A DNA stretch of 64,000 nt from Toensbergia leucococca (Eukaryota), in the NCBI GenBank assembly GCA_022813965.1, contig JALDZS010000060.1, positions 1-64,000 of the forward strand, in the 5' to 3' direction. Under the pieces are notes generated by a model that was given only the letters and a program-made list of their open reading frames with translations, had not been told where the DNA came from and made no database searches. A program made the position numbers and the translations under genes. Below are positions 51,697 to 63,143 of the stretch, piece by piece (position 1 is the stretch's first letter; each line of letters opens with the position of its first letter).

Positions 51697-53127
51697 CTAG
51701 ACCCCAAACCTAGCCCTAACCCTCCTCTTCAGATCCTCCGATTCAGCAGGTCTCTTGTTCCCAGTCTCAAGGCCAAGGAGGGTCCCGTCCCAAGGCTCGT
51801 CCCAAGAAGGAGGAGGGGTAACTGCTTGCGCCGAACTGGCCCCGTTCCCAGGATAAGGAGGGATTGGATGCGAGGGTCCGTTCCAAGGTTGAGGAGGGAT
51901 GACCGGCGCCGGAAATGTCTTGGCCCAAGGAGGGAAAGCGGGTGCCTGCGCTGTATATGTCGTGCCCCAAGGAGGACGGCCAAATCTTTGCGACGCGGTG
52001 TTCCAACGATGACAAACGAGTTGCTCCCTCGAAGGGATTCCGTCCCAAGGAAGAGGAGCATTTGACGGCGTCGAATTCATTCTGCCCCAAGGAGGAGGAG
52101 GGATTGCCTGCGCTGAATTTATTCCTGGCTGCGCCGAACTCGTCCTGCCCAGTGAGGCAAGTGCCTGCGCTGAATTCATTCCTGGCTGCGCCGAACTCGT
52201 CCCGCCCAGTGAGGCAAGCGCCTGCACTGAATTCATTCCTGGCTGCGCTGAACTCGTCCTGTTCAGTGAGGCAAGTGCCACCACCGAGTCTGCGGTTGGG
52301 GCCCTGTCGATAAAGTTCTGACCGGCAATTTCCCCCTCTCCATTTGCAGGGACCCCCGAATTCATTACAATCCCAGTATTGTCCTGTTCATAGACAGGTG
52401 AGTGCTGGTTGTATGGTAGGGTTTTAGTTACTACGTGAGCGGTTTTCGATAGCGGGTGCCTGACATACGGATATGTATCCTTTTGGGGGGAACGTTGAGG
52501 CCGGGGTGGACTAGATGGTGGCTGTGGCTGTGGCTGCAGTTCAGAATTTTGAACTTCTTTCTTCTTCCCGAGAGCACGTGCTTTCTTATTCTCCTCATTT
52601 CTGAGTTTGCGCGCGATTTCTTGCCGCACATCTTTGCGGGCAAGAGCGGCGTGGAAATTTGCTGTTTGAACTTTAGGATCCCAGCAAAAGGGAATACTAC
52701 CAGGAGCCAGGTCTTCCTTTTGTCTTTTGGACCACCCCTGAGCTTCATCCCAACTAGCAGCATGGAGGGGCATACAGCCCGGTGGAGGTCGTGGCCAGTG
52801 GTCATACGGGAGGGTTTTTCGTCGGTTGAATTCCGGACATCGCCACCATGCGTGGCCGTATGCGTGGCCGAGTTGATTCACGGTGCAGAAGTCGCACGCG
52901 ACAGTGCATTGCGATTTGCAGTGTCCAACGGCATCGCAGGCTGTGCACTCGAGGGGTTGCACGGGACAATCCTGAGGCCAGTGCATGGGGTCAATGCCTG
53001 CGGCCGAGGAGATGATGGCTGGGCAGCCCATATTGGTGCAGGGATTTGTGGGCCGCGACGGACCCGGGCTCACGATTGGGGTTGGGGGGTAGGGCTGAGA
53101 TAGTTGAGTAGAGTTGAGATAGGCCAT
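51697..53127 (-). CDS. CCHC zinc-knuckle protein with 19-aa tandem repeats and a PPW-rich tail
   Basis: 476-aa ORF. CTACDAVGHCKSQC fits CX2CX4HX4C, flanked by two variant knuckles. Confidence 0.7.
   Translation of the reverse strand: MAYLNSTQLSQPYPPTPIVSPGPSRPTNPCTNMGCPAIISSAAGIDPMHWPQDCPVQPLECTACDAVGHCKSQCTVACDFCTVNQLGHAYGHAWWRCPEFNRRKTLPYDHWPRPPPGCMPLHAASWDEAQGWSKRQKEDLAPGSIPFCWDPKVQTANFHAALARKDVRQEIARKLRNEENKKARALGKKKEVQNSELQPQPQPPSSPPRPQRSPQKDTYPYVRHPLSKTAHVVTKTLPYNQHSPVYEQDNTGIVMNSGVPANGEGEIAGQNFIDRAPTADSVVALASLNRTSSAQPGMNSVQALASLGGTSSAQPGMNSAQALASLGRTSSAQPGINSAQAIPPPPWGRMNSTPSNAPLPWDGIPSREQLVCHRWNTASQRFGRPPWGTTYTAQAPAFPPWAKTFPAPVIPPQPWNGPSHPIPPYPGNGASSAQAVTPPPSWDEPWDGTLLGLETGNKRPAESEDLKRRVRARFGV
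52106..52279. repeat. 57-bp tandem repeat, 3 copies
   Basis: Unit GCCTGCGCTGAATTCATTCCTGGCTGCGCCGAACTCGTCC..AGTGAGGCAAGT, encoding ALASLxxTSSAQPGMNSxQ on the minus strand. Confidence 0.95.
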
Positions 53128-54405
53128 GGATCGTTGTGCTGGTAGTGTATTAGCGGATAGTAGTGAGGGGAAGTCGTGGGCATTTTGGTACGAGTGATAT
53201 TGTCTGCAGAAGAAGCGTCAAGTCGTCTTATAGAGCTTCCTGGGCCATGTATGTTGTCCACGTCTGTCATGATAACGTCTTGGCCGCCGTGTTCTAGACA
53301 ATGATCAGCAATGTTTGGCTGGGTACTAAAACGACATGAATTTCGTACCAGACTCTTCACTAGGTAGAATTCCATCGATGACTAGAGGATGCTATACTAG
53401 AGCCGGGGTGCTAGCATACGGTACTGGACGGCGATGGTGCACCATGCCCGAATGGGATATTTGGGGATACCTTCATTCGTGTGTCTATACTAAATAAAGG
53501 ATAGCCTACCGAAGTGCTGCAATATTTACAAGAGGAAAACTTCTGATGAGATGTCTCTTCTCTTGATACACATGGTGGGCTCCTACCTGTTACTACATTC
53601 ATATGTCAGTTGTTGCTCAGCAAGTGCCGTTGACTTGAAGAGTGTACTTTCCCTCTCATAGACTTACTAACACTCACATGAAGACTCTGTTTCCTCGAAG
53701 CAATGGGTATCGTTGGTGTACCTATGAGTTATCAATATCATCGTTTTCCATCTATGCATTGTCTGTACTCACATTCCAACTGTGAAGAAGCGAAGACTAC
53801 GTGAGTCTTGCTTAGCTGCTTTCACGACTTCTGCAATGGACTTCTAGAGTCACGGCGAGAGATGGGTTTTGCGTCATTAGAGCCAAGTTTTGGATTCCGC
53901 CAGTACGAATGCCATCTTTGATGTTCTTGAAGTCTAGTTGGTATTTTCAATTTTAACAGAAGCCCAAATACAATTCATCGTCCCACAATACCCATGTTTC
54001 CACAAACAATACTCTAATACAGCTCGCGGACTCTTCTGCCGCCATAACAGCACCAATCGCACTATGGACAGATCAGAGATATTGACTTGACATGTCAGGA
54101 GGATTACTTGCCGTCGTGGCTGAACAGCCTACATTGTGTTCGAGACAGAATCTGGTAGGGCATGACTTGCAAGCTCTTTGTGTGAGGACCTCACATGCGG
54201 CACACTTCGAACATCCCTCAATCAGCAATACCTAGTAAAGGGTGACGGTTCTAGGCTCACAGTTCGTCCGCAGTCAAAGCAGCCACGACTAACGCCCATC
54301 TAAACCACGTTGAGTCAGTATCTTGTCTTTTAGAAATCAAGTATCAACTGACGGCAGGCCTGACATTCGATCATAGGAGTGTGCATTGTAATTTCCTCTG
54401 CTTCT

Positions 54406-55713
54406 TCATCCCCACATCGAGCCTGCGCCAGAACATCCCATCTCTTCAACGAGACAGCCGTCAATACAAAGACCTAGATATACCTTTATACTTGGATTGG
54501 TCCCTGAGTCTTCCACCCCATGTCCTTGATTCAATCTTTCCATCGTCTCTCTCTTCTGCATTTCTGTAAAGGTGCTCGTTCTACTCTCGCTACGATAGCA
54601 CGACTCGCACCACCATGAATGACACCTTTCGCAGTAGCGGTTAGCAAGGCATAGATCGCAGCGAGCGATAAACTCCAGACTATCGGATCCACTGTTGAAT
54701 AGTCTCCGAGCTGCTTGAACACTTGACGTGTGTAGTGGTGGTGGCGCCTGAAGAGGGAAGTGCTCGGCAGGAGATGTCTTGGTTGAATCCGGGCCTTCTG
54801 GAGAAGTGTGACAGACTTCGCAGCCTTGTGGTCCTAGAGCAAACGACGCAACATTAGGGGGAATGTACGGCTCGGACGAGGATTTAGTGCTAGGGTCGTG
54901 TCTAGGGCCTCTGCAGAGTACTGCATCGAAAGCTATCAGACCCTCACAAGCTCTCAAGACATCAGCCCATTCTGGTAAGTGAGGTCTCGATATCATCTTG
55001 CCGGAGGTCTTATACCAGCCGTCGCTTGCAATGGTAAGAGCGTCGGAGAGGGCATGACGAGACCTTTGATTCCACTGCATGCCCAATTGCGCACCAAATG
55101 AGATTGTGACACCTTCGGTCGATTGCAAAGTTTTAGGTTTACTTGGAGCACAACTCTCTGGCGGTGGATCTGCAGGACTAAAGAAGTAGAGACCTTTTAA
55201 TTTTGGGGTTCCTTCAGGCCTACTAGGTCTGACAACATATCGTAAGACTTGCATTAACTTCCGTTCATTAAGGTTCTTGACATCTCGAATCGAAAGGAGT
55301 CGGACACTGTACACTTCCTCGCAAATAATATCTCGGACCAGTTCTGCGGGCACAGAGAGGCAGTCTAGGACGAGAGTGTGCACATGTTGCAGAACGTTGA
55401 CTACTCTCAAAGCGGAAAAAATGCGACGCAATGGGCTACTCCAGAATTGGTCATCTGTAATGGTTTCATCAATTCTTCCATTCCGCCATAGGTTTCCAGC
55501 CACATCAAAAGGTCTCAGATCGTAGGAGACTGTAGCTTTGAAAACGGATAGATCGAGGTATCTAAATACTCCAGGAGCGCCGTAAATCAGGTCCCGAAAA
55601 GACTTTGAAGTGGCAGCTAAAGATAGCAGATCTGGTGCAGCGATGTATGGGCATGTCTGATGTAGGATCAGAGTGTTGGATAGAAGCTGGAGGAGGGAGA
55701 TAGGAAGTGACAT
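54406..55713 (-). CDS. Conserved fungal protein with F-box-like N-terminus, LRR-like core and Cys-rich C-terminus
   Basis: LLQLLSNTLILHQTCPYI..LLSLAATSKSFRDL, VHTLVLDCL, VRLLSIRDVKNLNERKL, CDLC..CERC..WCESC. Single exon. Confidence 0.78.
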   Translation of the reverse strand: MSLPISLLQLLSNTLILHQTCPYIAAPDLLSLAATSKSFRDLIYGAPGVFRYLDLSVFKATVSYDLRPFDVAGNLWRNGRIDETITDDQFWSSPLRRIFSALRVVNVLQHVHTLVLDCLSVPAELVRDIICEEVYSVRLLSIRDVKNLNERKLMQVLRYVVRPSRPEGTPKLKGLYFFSPADPPPESCAPSKPKTLQSTEGVTISFGAQLGMQWNQRSRHALSDALTIASDGWYKTSGKMISRPHLPEWADVLRACEGLIAFDAVLCRGPRHDPSTKSSSEPYIPPNVASFALGPQGCEVCHTSPEGPDSTKTSPAEHFPLQAPPPLHTSSVQAARRLFNSGSDSLEFIARCDLCLANRYCERCHSWWCESCYRSESRTSTFTEMQKRETMERLNQGHGVEDSGTNPSIKVYLGLCIDGCLVEEMGCSGAGSMWG

Positions 55714-57203
55714 ATCGACACGCAAAATTTATATTGTGATCATGTCTGACTGACTTGCACGTGCAGGCGAGGAGCTGGTAAATTGTGGAGAGTGGAGACG
55801 AGAGACATTGGCAAACGGACGCTTACCTATTTCTAGCTTAGCGTTATGTATTTGCGTTAGCGTAGAAAGGAGAAGCTTGGCATCAAAAGAACACTTCTGT
55901 CAACAGAGTCAACAATGACTTGTGACTGCCATACTGATTGAATTCCGCCTGTGATTCTCCTCGTATCGGACATTTGAAATCATTAGGTGCATGAATACAG
56001 AATCGACAAAGCAAGCCTTTCACCATTGGTCGCCGAGTCCCAATTGAAACCTCAGGTATGGGACATAATGCCTTTGTTCGCGCTCATTCCTTTCCTAATA
56101 GACACTACAATGATTCAACAGCACGCCCTGGATCTTGACTTCTCCAGACAAGCGTCGGGAACTCCAATCGTAACGTATCCTGTCAACAAGCCAAGGACGG
56201 ATAGCTAAGCCTGGCTGTTGGAGTATACCTGGGATATGTTATGCGGGATTACCATGGCCGCGAGCTTGAAAGTGCTTGAACTCGATGGTGAGGGCTGATA
56301 AACATTGAGGCGTATTTCAACGACTTACAACCGGTTAATGTATTATTTTTGTTTACACATTCATTGACGAAGTTGATCTTTTTACGTTGGAAAAAACAGA
56401 CTTGTGGCATTGCACACGAATAGATTTGTAGCCAATGAAGAAAAAGAGATCTAGGCTTTTACTATGAAAAAGGCATGCATTCCCCACTTTCCACACCCTA
56501 ACGGCGCAGGCTCTGATAGCTTGTTTACTAATAAGCTACGAACCCATCCGTTGTAGCAGGAGGAGCCGAAGATGAGGGTGGATCGAGCGAAGCAGAGAGT
56601 AAGGGATAACTTCTAAAATCCCTAATCCCTTGTCTCTGATATATTCTAGCCACTCGAGGGTACGATGATACAGAGGAAGCGTGTATCTTGAAGTCACAAA
56701 TAATGGATCTGATTTCGATAGGGAAGTAATGCACTTGATGATAAAGAATAATTTTGATTTAAACAATTCACTTGCTGAATCAATCACTGGCTTCAATACC
56801 TAAGCTGTCACTCATGCTTTCAGAATTCAGGGGCACTCAGGCTCGAGGGCATTAGATTCAACGGGGCCCGGCCATGGAATTTCTATGATCCGTGCTCGAT
56901 GAGTATTCTATCGTCCGAGGGTCGATGGAATCAGTTCCGGTGATGCTCTACTCCGTACATACGTCAGCAGAGCCAGAATGACAATTTCATAAAGTATCAA
57001 TTTTGTCAAGTCGTGAGAAATTGTTTCCTGACCATCTGTGTTGACTTGTATGAAATCCGCTGAACTCCGTCATGCGCTGACAGAAAATCGCATGTTCCAG
57101 AAACCTAGACGCCTTCGACTTATTTACTTACCATCATGATGCAACATATACAGCCAAAGGAACCTCGACCGACTCCACCAAGCAGCCTCCTGCATTATCC
57201 GCC

Positions 57204-59504
57204 ATGACGGACATCCAACCCGGCCTGAAATGGTCAGCCCAGCTAACTACTGCCACCAAGACTCCTCTCCTACAAGGCGATAAGATTGTTCTGCCCCAAT
57301 CTGCCTTGGAGCAGTTGTTATCTGCAGCAACCGTCACCATCACCGAGTCTACATCCCTCCAGAATCATACCTCGACCTTTGATCCTTATAATCCCTATAC
57401 TCACGCCGCAGAGCGCCAGGCTAGGGAACAGCTGATTGAGAGACAACAACAACTCCCACACCCTTTGACCTTTCGACTCGTCAATCCCGAGAAAAACATT
57501 GTCGTTTACGCTGGTATCAGGGAGTTCTCCGCCCAGGAGCATGAAATCGGACTCAGCCCATTCCTGCTGCAAGCGCTAGGGCTTGGTGATGACAAGGCTT
57601 TGGAAGGAACTGGGGATGAAGGGCGGATCCGCGAGCACGATATACCTAGTGGGGAACTCCACCACCAGAGCCTGAAGCCGCCTACCAATATCACGGTACA
57701 TGCTCAACAACTACCAAAGGGTACATACGTCAGGCTCAGGCCGCTCGAAGCTGGGTATGATCCTGAGGATTGGAAGTCGCTGTTAGAACGTTATCTAAGG
57801 GACAACTTTACCACCCTGACAAATGGAGAGATCTTGACCGTTCCCGCAGGCAAAGACGAGTTCCGCTTCTTGGTTGACAAACTTAGTCCGGAAGGCGAGG
57901 CCATTTGTATTGTTGATACCGATTTAGAAGTCGATATCGAGGCACTGAACGAGGATCAAGCAAGGGAGACTTTGAAGAGACGCTTGCAAAAATCCGAACG
58001 TGCTCCAGGAACCATTGAAGGTAGCTCAACGGGTGGTAAGATCAACGTTGGCAACGAGGACGGGCAAGTCAGACCGAGGGACTACGTTGACTATACCCTG
58101 ACAGAATGGGACCACTCGAAAGGGCTAGAAATAGAACTCGCCACGCTTGACGACGAGAATGATGCAGATTTATTCATTAGCCCTGCAAGACCGAAGCAGC
58201 GTGCTAGGCCGAGAGAGGAAGAGTATGTCTTTGGCGATATGACCTCTAGGCCCTTGAAGAGGATAAAAATACAGCATAGTAATGCTGAGCTTAATGATGC
58301 AGAAGCCCTCTGGATATCCGTTCGCGGTTATTCGCTCAACGAGGAAACCAATCCAATATCATATCAACTCCGAGTAAAATCTCTCGACGCATTGACCAAT
58401 CTCAACGGCCATGACCTCCTTGCTGCTGAAAATGAACCTACGGGCCCAGACGAAATACGCTGTAAGAACTGCCACCAATGGGTCCCGCAGAGAACCATGA
58501 TCCTCCACGAAAATTTCTGCTTCCGCAACAACGTCCTTTGCCCGCACTGCCAAAACGTGTTCAAAAAATCATCCTCCGAATGGCAGAATCACTGGCACTG
58601 TCCCCATGATGATGTCTACGGCAATATAGCGTCCACGCTCCAGAAACATAATAACCTAATCCATACTCCCCGTCTCTGCCCCGGCTGCGACTACTCGGCC
58701 TCCAACACCCCCGATCTCGCACACCATCGCACAACAATTTGTCCTGCAAAAGCAATCCTCTGCCAATTCTGCCACCTACTCGTTCCCCAACAAGGCCCCA
58801 ATGACCTCAAACTCTCAGACCCTGAAGTCATCCTCTCAGGCCTGACCCCGCACGAACTCGCCGACGGCGCTAGAACAACCGAATGTCACCTCTGCTCAAA
58901 AATTGTGCGCCTTCGCGACATGTCCACGCACCTCAAACACCACAACCTCTCGCGCCTCTCGCGCAGCAAACCTCGCCTCTGCCGCAACCTCAACTGCGGC
59001 CGCACTCTCGACTACGTTAGTAAAACAGGCGACGTCAAGCGCGAGCCCCCCCGCAACGACCTCGGTGTATGTGACACCTGCTTCGGACCGCTGTATGTGT
59101 CCATGTATGACCCGGACGGCAAGGCGCTCAAGCGGCGCGTGGAGAGGAAATATCTTACGCAGCTGCTGACAGGGTGCGGGAAGGAGTGGTGTCGGAATGA
59201 ATACTGCAAGAGTGGGCGCAGGAATCTTGGGCTGGAGAGAGGGGAGAAGGCGATTTCTTCCAAGGAGGCGCTGGGGTTGGTTCGGCCGTTGTTGGAAGGG
59301 TTGAAGGGTGGAGAGACGGGGGTATTTTTGTGCACGGATGAGGGGAGTCAGCGGAGGAGGGTGCTGGCTGAGATGGTGGCTGCCGAGGGGGTGTATGAGG
59401 TTGAGTGGTGCGTTGTTGCGTTTGAGGTTGCTGGGGGGGATTTGGATGGGGCGAGGACTTGGTTGGTGAATTGGGCTCCTACGAAGGCGGAGGCGAATCG
59501 CTGA
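57204..59504 (+). CDS. Ufd1-domain ubiquitin-degradation protein with Zn-finger array and C-terminal UBA-like domain
   Basis: GDKIVLPQSALEQL, HPLTFRL, YAGIREFSA, LPKGTYVRLRP, IVDTDLEVD. Then several CxxC..H..C fingers and WCVVAFEVAGGDLDGARTWL. Confidence 0.9.
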   Translation: MTDIQPGLKWSAQLTTATKTPLLQGDKIVLPQSALEQLLSAATVTITESTSLQNHTSTFDPYNPYTHAAERQAREQLIERQQQLPHPLTFRLVNPEKNIVVYAGIREFSAQEHEIGLSPFLLQALGLGDDKALEGTGDEGRIREHDIPSGELHHQSLKPPTNITVHAQQLPKGTYVRLRPLEAGYDPEDWKSLLERYLRDNFTTLTNGEILTVPAGKDEFRFLVDKLSPEGEAICIVDTDLEVDIEALNEDQARETLKRRLQKSERAPGTIEGSSTGGKINVGNEDGQVRPRDYVDYTLTEWDHSKGLEIELATLDDENDADLFISPARPKQRARPREEEYVFGDMTSRPLKRIKIQHSNAELNDAEALWISVRGYSLNEETNPISYQLRVKSLDALTNLNGHDLLAAENEPTGPDEIRCKNCHQWVPQRTMILHENFCFRNNVLCPHCQNVFKKSSSEWQNHWHCPHDDVYGNIASTLQKHNNLIHTPRLCPGCDYSASNTPDLAHHRTTICPAKAILCQFCHLLVPQQGPNDLKLSDPEVILSGLTPHELADGARTTECHLCSKIVRLRDMSTHLKHHNLSRLSRSKPRLCRNLNCGRTLDYVSKTGDVKREPPRNDLGVCDTCFGPLYVSMYDPDGKALKRRVERKYLTQLLTGCGKEWCRNEYCKSGRRNLGLERGEKAISSKEALGLVRPLLEGLKGGETGVFLCTDEGSQRRRVLAEMVAAEGVYEVEWCVVAFEVAGGDLDGARTWLVNWAPTKAEANR

Positions 59505-59680
59505 TGTGTGGAATGTGGGCTTATGTGTAGACTTGAGCTTTTGTTGTTTTTTTGCGATGCTTAGTATCATCACACAATGCTCTTCCTTGAATCGTACAGC
59601 ACGAACGCTACTGGCTCATGTATCAAAGACTATATCGCTTACACAAGGCGCCTAAAAGCCTGTTCTTCCAAACTCTGCCC

Positions 59681-60770
59681 TTACCCTCCCCCCACCCGTC
59701 CGCCCAACCCCCCACTCCCCTTGCTCGAAAAAATAACCATGATCCCAAATCCGGCATAAAACAAGCCCAACGGATACGCCACCAGGCCCCTCATAGCCGT
59801 CATCCTCCCCACGGCGCAAAACATGCCGCTGCTGCTGTACGTGCACCACACGATCGCGGCCGCGCAGATCACGTACCCGCCCGCCGAATCCATGGGTAGC
59901 AGGACTCCGACCAGCGACGTTGCTACCAGCGGCAGCAGGCAGTATCCCAGGACGCTGGCGCTGCGGGGGAGGGTCAAGGAGGAGGAGAGGTGGAGTTCGT
60001 GGCTGTTGGAGTTGGGGTTGGGGTTGTAGGATGATGGAGGCGGGGAGGCCGGGTGCTGGGAGTGGGAGTGGGGGGAGGTCGAAGAAGAGGGAGTCATGAG
60101 GGAGAGGATTGTGTGCAGGGAGAGGGAGCCGATGAGGGCGAGGCCGTAGATGTAGCCGAAGTGGACTTTGCCGCTGAAGAGGAGGAAGGTGCCGAAGAGG
60201 AGGAAGAAGAGGATTGGGCCTGCAAGGTCCGAGTCGTCCATTATGTGTTGGTCGATGCGGGCGAGGGGGTTGAGGACTGTGAGGGTCTTTTTGTTTTTGT
60301 GGAGGGGGGTTTTTGGTTAGCGGGGGAAAGGAATCTAATGTTTTGCTGTATGCTCTGTTTTTGTTTTTGTTTTTTAGGATTGTGTAGGGGAAGGATGTAT
60401 ATATATTTACCTTCCCCTTGATATGCCCGAAATTCACCCCTAATTCCTCCAGCAGCGCCGGCTCCCCCTCATATCCCTCCGTCCCAAACGCCGCCAGCCA
60501 ACCCGTCCGCAGGCCACCTTGCTCGCCCATGCGGCCGCTGACACCGGAGCTGCTGCCGCCGCCGAAGCCGCCAACGCCATTGAAGGAGGGGCCGCCACCG
60601 CTGGAGGTGTAGGCGCTTTGATGGGCGGTGGGGTTGTAGGTTGTGTAGTGGGCTTGGGAGGGGGTGGTGTGGCCGGAGACGGGGCCCGAGGGGTAGGTGG
60701 TGGGGTAGAATTGGAGGTTTGGGGTTGGTTGGTAGGGTTGCGGGGGTGGGGGGGAGTAGTATTGGGACAT
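59681..60770 (-). CDS. YIP1: Yip1-domain Golgi/ER membrane protein
   Basis: GWLAAFGT..EPALLEELGVNFGHI, intron 60410-60287, then TLTVLNP..MDDSDLAGP..GKVHFGYIYG..SVLGYCLLPL..LVAYPLGLFY. Confidence 0.93.
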
Positions 60771-61760
60771 TTGGTTGTGGGGTGGGGCGGGGGATTGGGC
60801 GGGGTATGGGGGTTTTTACTGGATATCAAGTTGGTGGATGTGGGAGGTTGAGAAGGATGGGGCTTTGCGGGTTGCGGTTTTGGGGAATGTAAATGTTCGA
60901 CGTGTTTGGATGATGGGGGTAGGATGCAGAGAGCCTAAATGTCTTAGCGGAGCCTTGGCGCCCCCTATCTGCTTTACCTAAGGTAAATATCACAGTCTAA
61001 AATTTGTTGATATGCATCTCAATTCAAGACATACTCGTACATTCTCGCTCACAGTACGAACTCACTTCTTTGATGAAAGAGTTAGATGCAATGCCCTATC
61101 AATTGTTATAAGCGCAATATTGCATAGAGGGAGCGATCATTTTACTTTATTTATATTTGCCTCATGGCTCTCTGATTGTAACTTTGCCTCTATCGCATGC
61201 TTCTTGTCATCTCTTCCCTATACAAAAAAGTTCGTAAACATTCCCCCTAAGACTCTCCTGACATGGGTTCTCTTCTCCGTCATCTGCTTCAAGTGAGATT
61301 CATCCCCTACCTTCACGCGTGGTCTTTGTTGTCTTCCTATTGACCCCACTCACCCTCAATCACTCTTTCTCCTTTTCCCATTCAAACTCTAACAGTTCTG
61401 GCCGAGTAACGGGATCTCTTCCTTGCTTCCGTATTGTATGATTGATGGATTTAAGATGGCTTTCATGAGCCCTTGCAATCTGAGGACTTTGTACATCGGA
61501 AGGTTGAATGTAAGTACCTTGGCCGGATTGGCGAGGGCACAGAGGGTGATGAGTGGATTCCAATAACTTTTAATGAAGGGAAGGTAGACTACAACTTGTA
61601 CTAGGCGCACAACGCACATGGAGCATGCGCCCGGTGCCTTCACATGTAGCCTTGTGATTGCCCAATCGGGTATATCTGGAGGGGTTGTCAGAATAGTACT
61701 ATATTCCCATCGACACTCTTCGAAAAAGTCAAGCTTTCAAACTTGCCCTCAGGAGACGAC

Positions 61761-62291
61761 ATGGCCTCTTTGGACAAGCAGCATGTGGTAATGCAACCCT
61801 TCAACGACGAAACCAACCACACCATCTCTGTCCCCCGTTTTCAAAGATTTTCTGTCGAGCTCCTCGAAATGATCTTTCATTCTTCGGAAAATGTCAATCT
61901 CCCGCTCGTCTGCCGCCATTTCCACAACAGCCTCAGCACCGAGCCCCTTCGCCTACAGAATTACACCAGCTTTCTCGCACGCGGAGCAACAGCTATTCAA
62001 AAGGCGTTGGTCGAACTGAGAAGTGAGGTGTTGCGGAGAGTGTGGTTTGCGCCGTGGCAGAAGGAGTTGGCGAAAGAAGTCATCGCGATCCTTGACTCAC
62101 ATATCTGGAGAGCACGTACTTGTGATTACACGTCGGTCTTCGAAGCGGAATCTCGAGTTGAGCTGGAGATTCATGACATCATGATGCGGAGACTGGTTCC
62201 TCTATATGAAGGGCAGACCTGTGATGAGAATTACGGTTGTCTTGGAGGGGGTGTGCATCATGCAGGAGATAGATCTGGCGTGGACGAGTAA
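61761..62291 (+). CDS. Hypothetical protein with F-box-like motif
   Basis: FQRFSVELLEMIFHSSENVNLPLVCRHFHNSLS. Confidence 0.5.
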   Translation: MASLDKQHVVMQPFNDETNHTISVPRFQRFSVELLEMIFHSSENVNLPLVCRHFHNSLSTEPLRLQNYTSFLARGATAIQKALVELRSEVLRRVWFAPWQKELAKEVIAILDSHIWRARTCDYTSVFEAESRVELEIHDIMMRRLVPLYEGQTCDENYGCLGGGVHHAGDRSGVDE

Positions 62292-63143
62292 GGTGAGAGG
62301 GAAGATGGGATCATCGGTTGGGAGGATACGTTGTAAAAAATGTTTGGACGGTTGGGTTTGCTTTTCTTCGGCCAATGTTACATGTATTACTCTGTACTCA
62401 GAAACCCACTGAAAGCTGTACTGAAAGATCAACGGGAGCGACATGATTAAATTGGTACGGTACTTGTAAGAATACAAAAGTGGACGGGTATTATGGCTTA
62501 TGGCTTAAGGTAAATAAGGTATTTCAATTGCAGAGAAATTTGACTGACGTCGACACTGTCTCAAAAGGCCAAGAGTCACGCTCGCCCTTTCAGATTGAGG
62601 CGGCCCACTACTTGTTCCTTCACTGTAGAACGATAGCAAGAGAGACACGATGAGGTAGACAGGTCAGGGGTTAGATGGAGATGTAAAAAGCTGATCCATG
62701 ATTGGGTATGCAGGCAGATCTTGATCGTCAGGCTGAGCCTCGGACATCACCCCACTCCGACAAGGTCGGCAGCCCTTCGAACAGATTCTCACTGTCTACT
62801 TTGATCAAACAACTTGTCGCTCAATCAGAATCTTCCGTCACACGAAGCTCCGTCTTGGGCTCAGTACTAGATGCCTTGCTTCGATACATTGTATCAAGGA
62901 ATCTCAGGCTGGATAAAAGACAAGCGGTACGCTTTCTGATATATCAGTGAAGGCTTTAATCAGCACCATTGATATCCTTGGAATGAGTCTACACCTACAC
63001 TGAGAGTAAGGTGGTGAATGGGCCATCAAAGGCAATCTTGTCGCGGCTGGGAGCCTCCTTCAGGCTCTACCTCCCCACGCCACGACTCAAATTCACCTTC
63101 TTCTGCAGCACGGTGTGCTGTGTAAAACCTCAACAGTCTCAAT

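Noticed and set aside
51030..51700. ORFs in C/A-rich low-complexity sequence
   Set aside because: Stop-poor because of composition; no motifs.
52456..53103. 215-aa + strand ORF and other antisense ORFs (e.g. 58896-59573)
   Set aside because: Shadows of real genes on the opposite strand.
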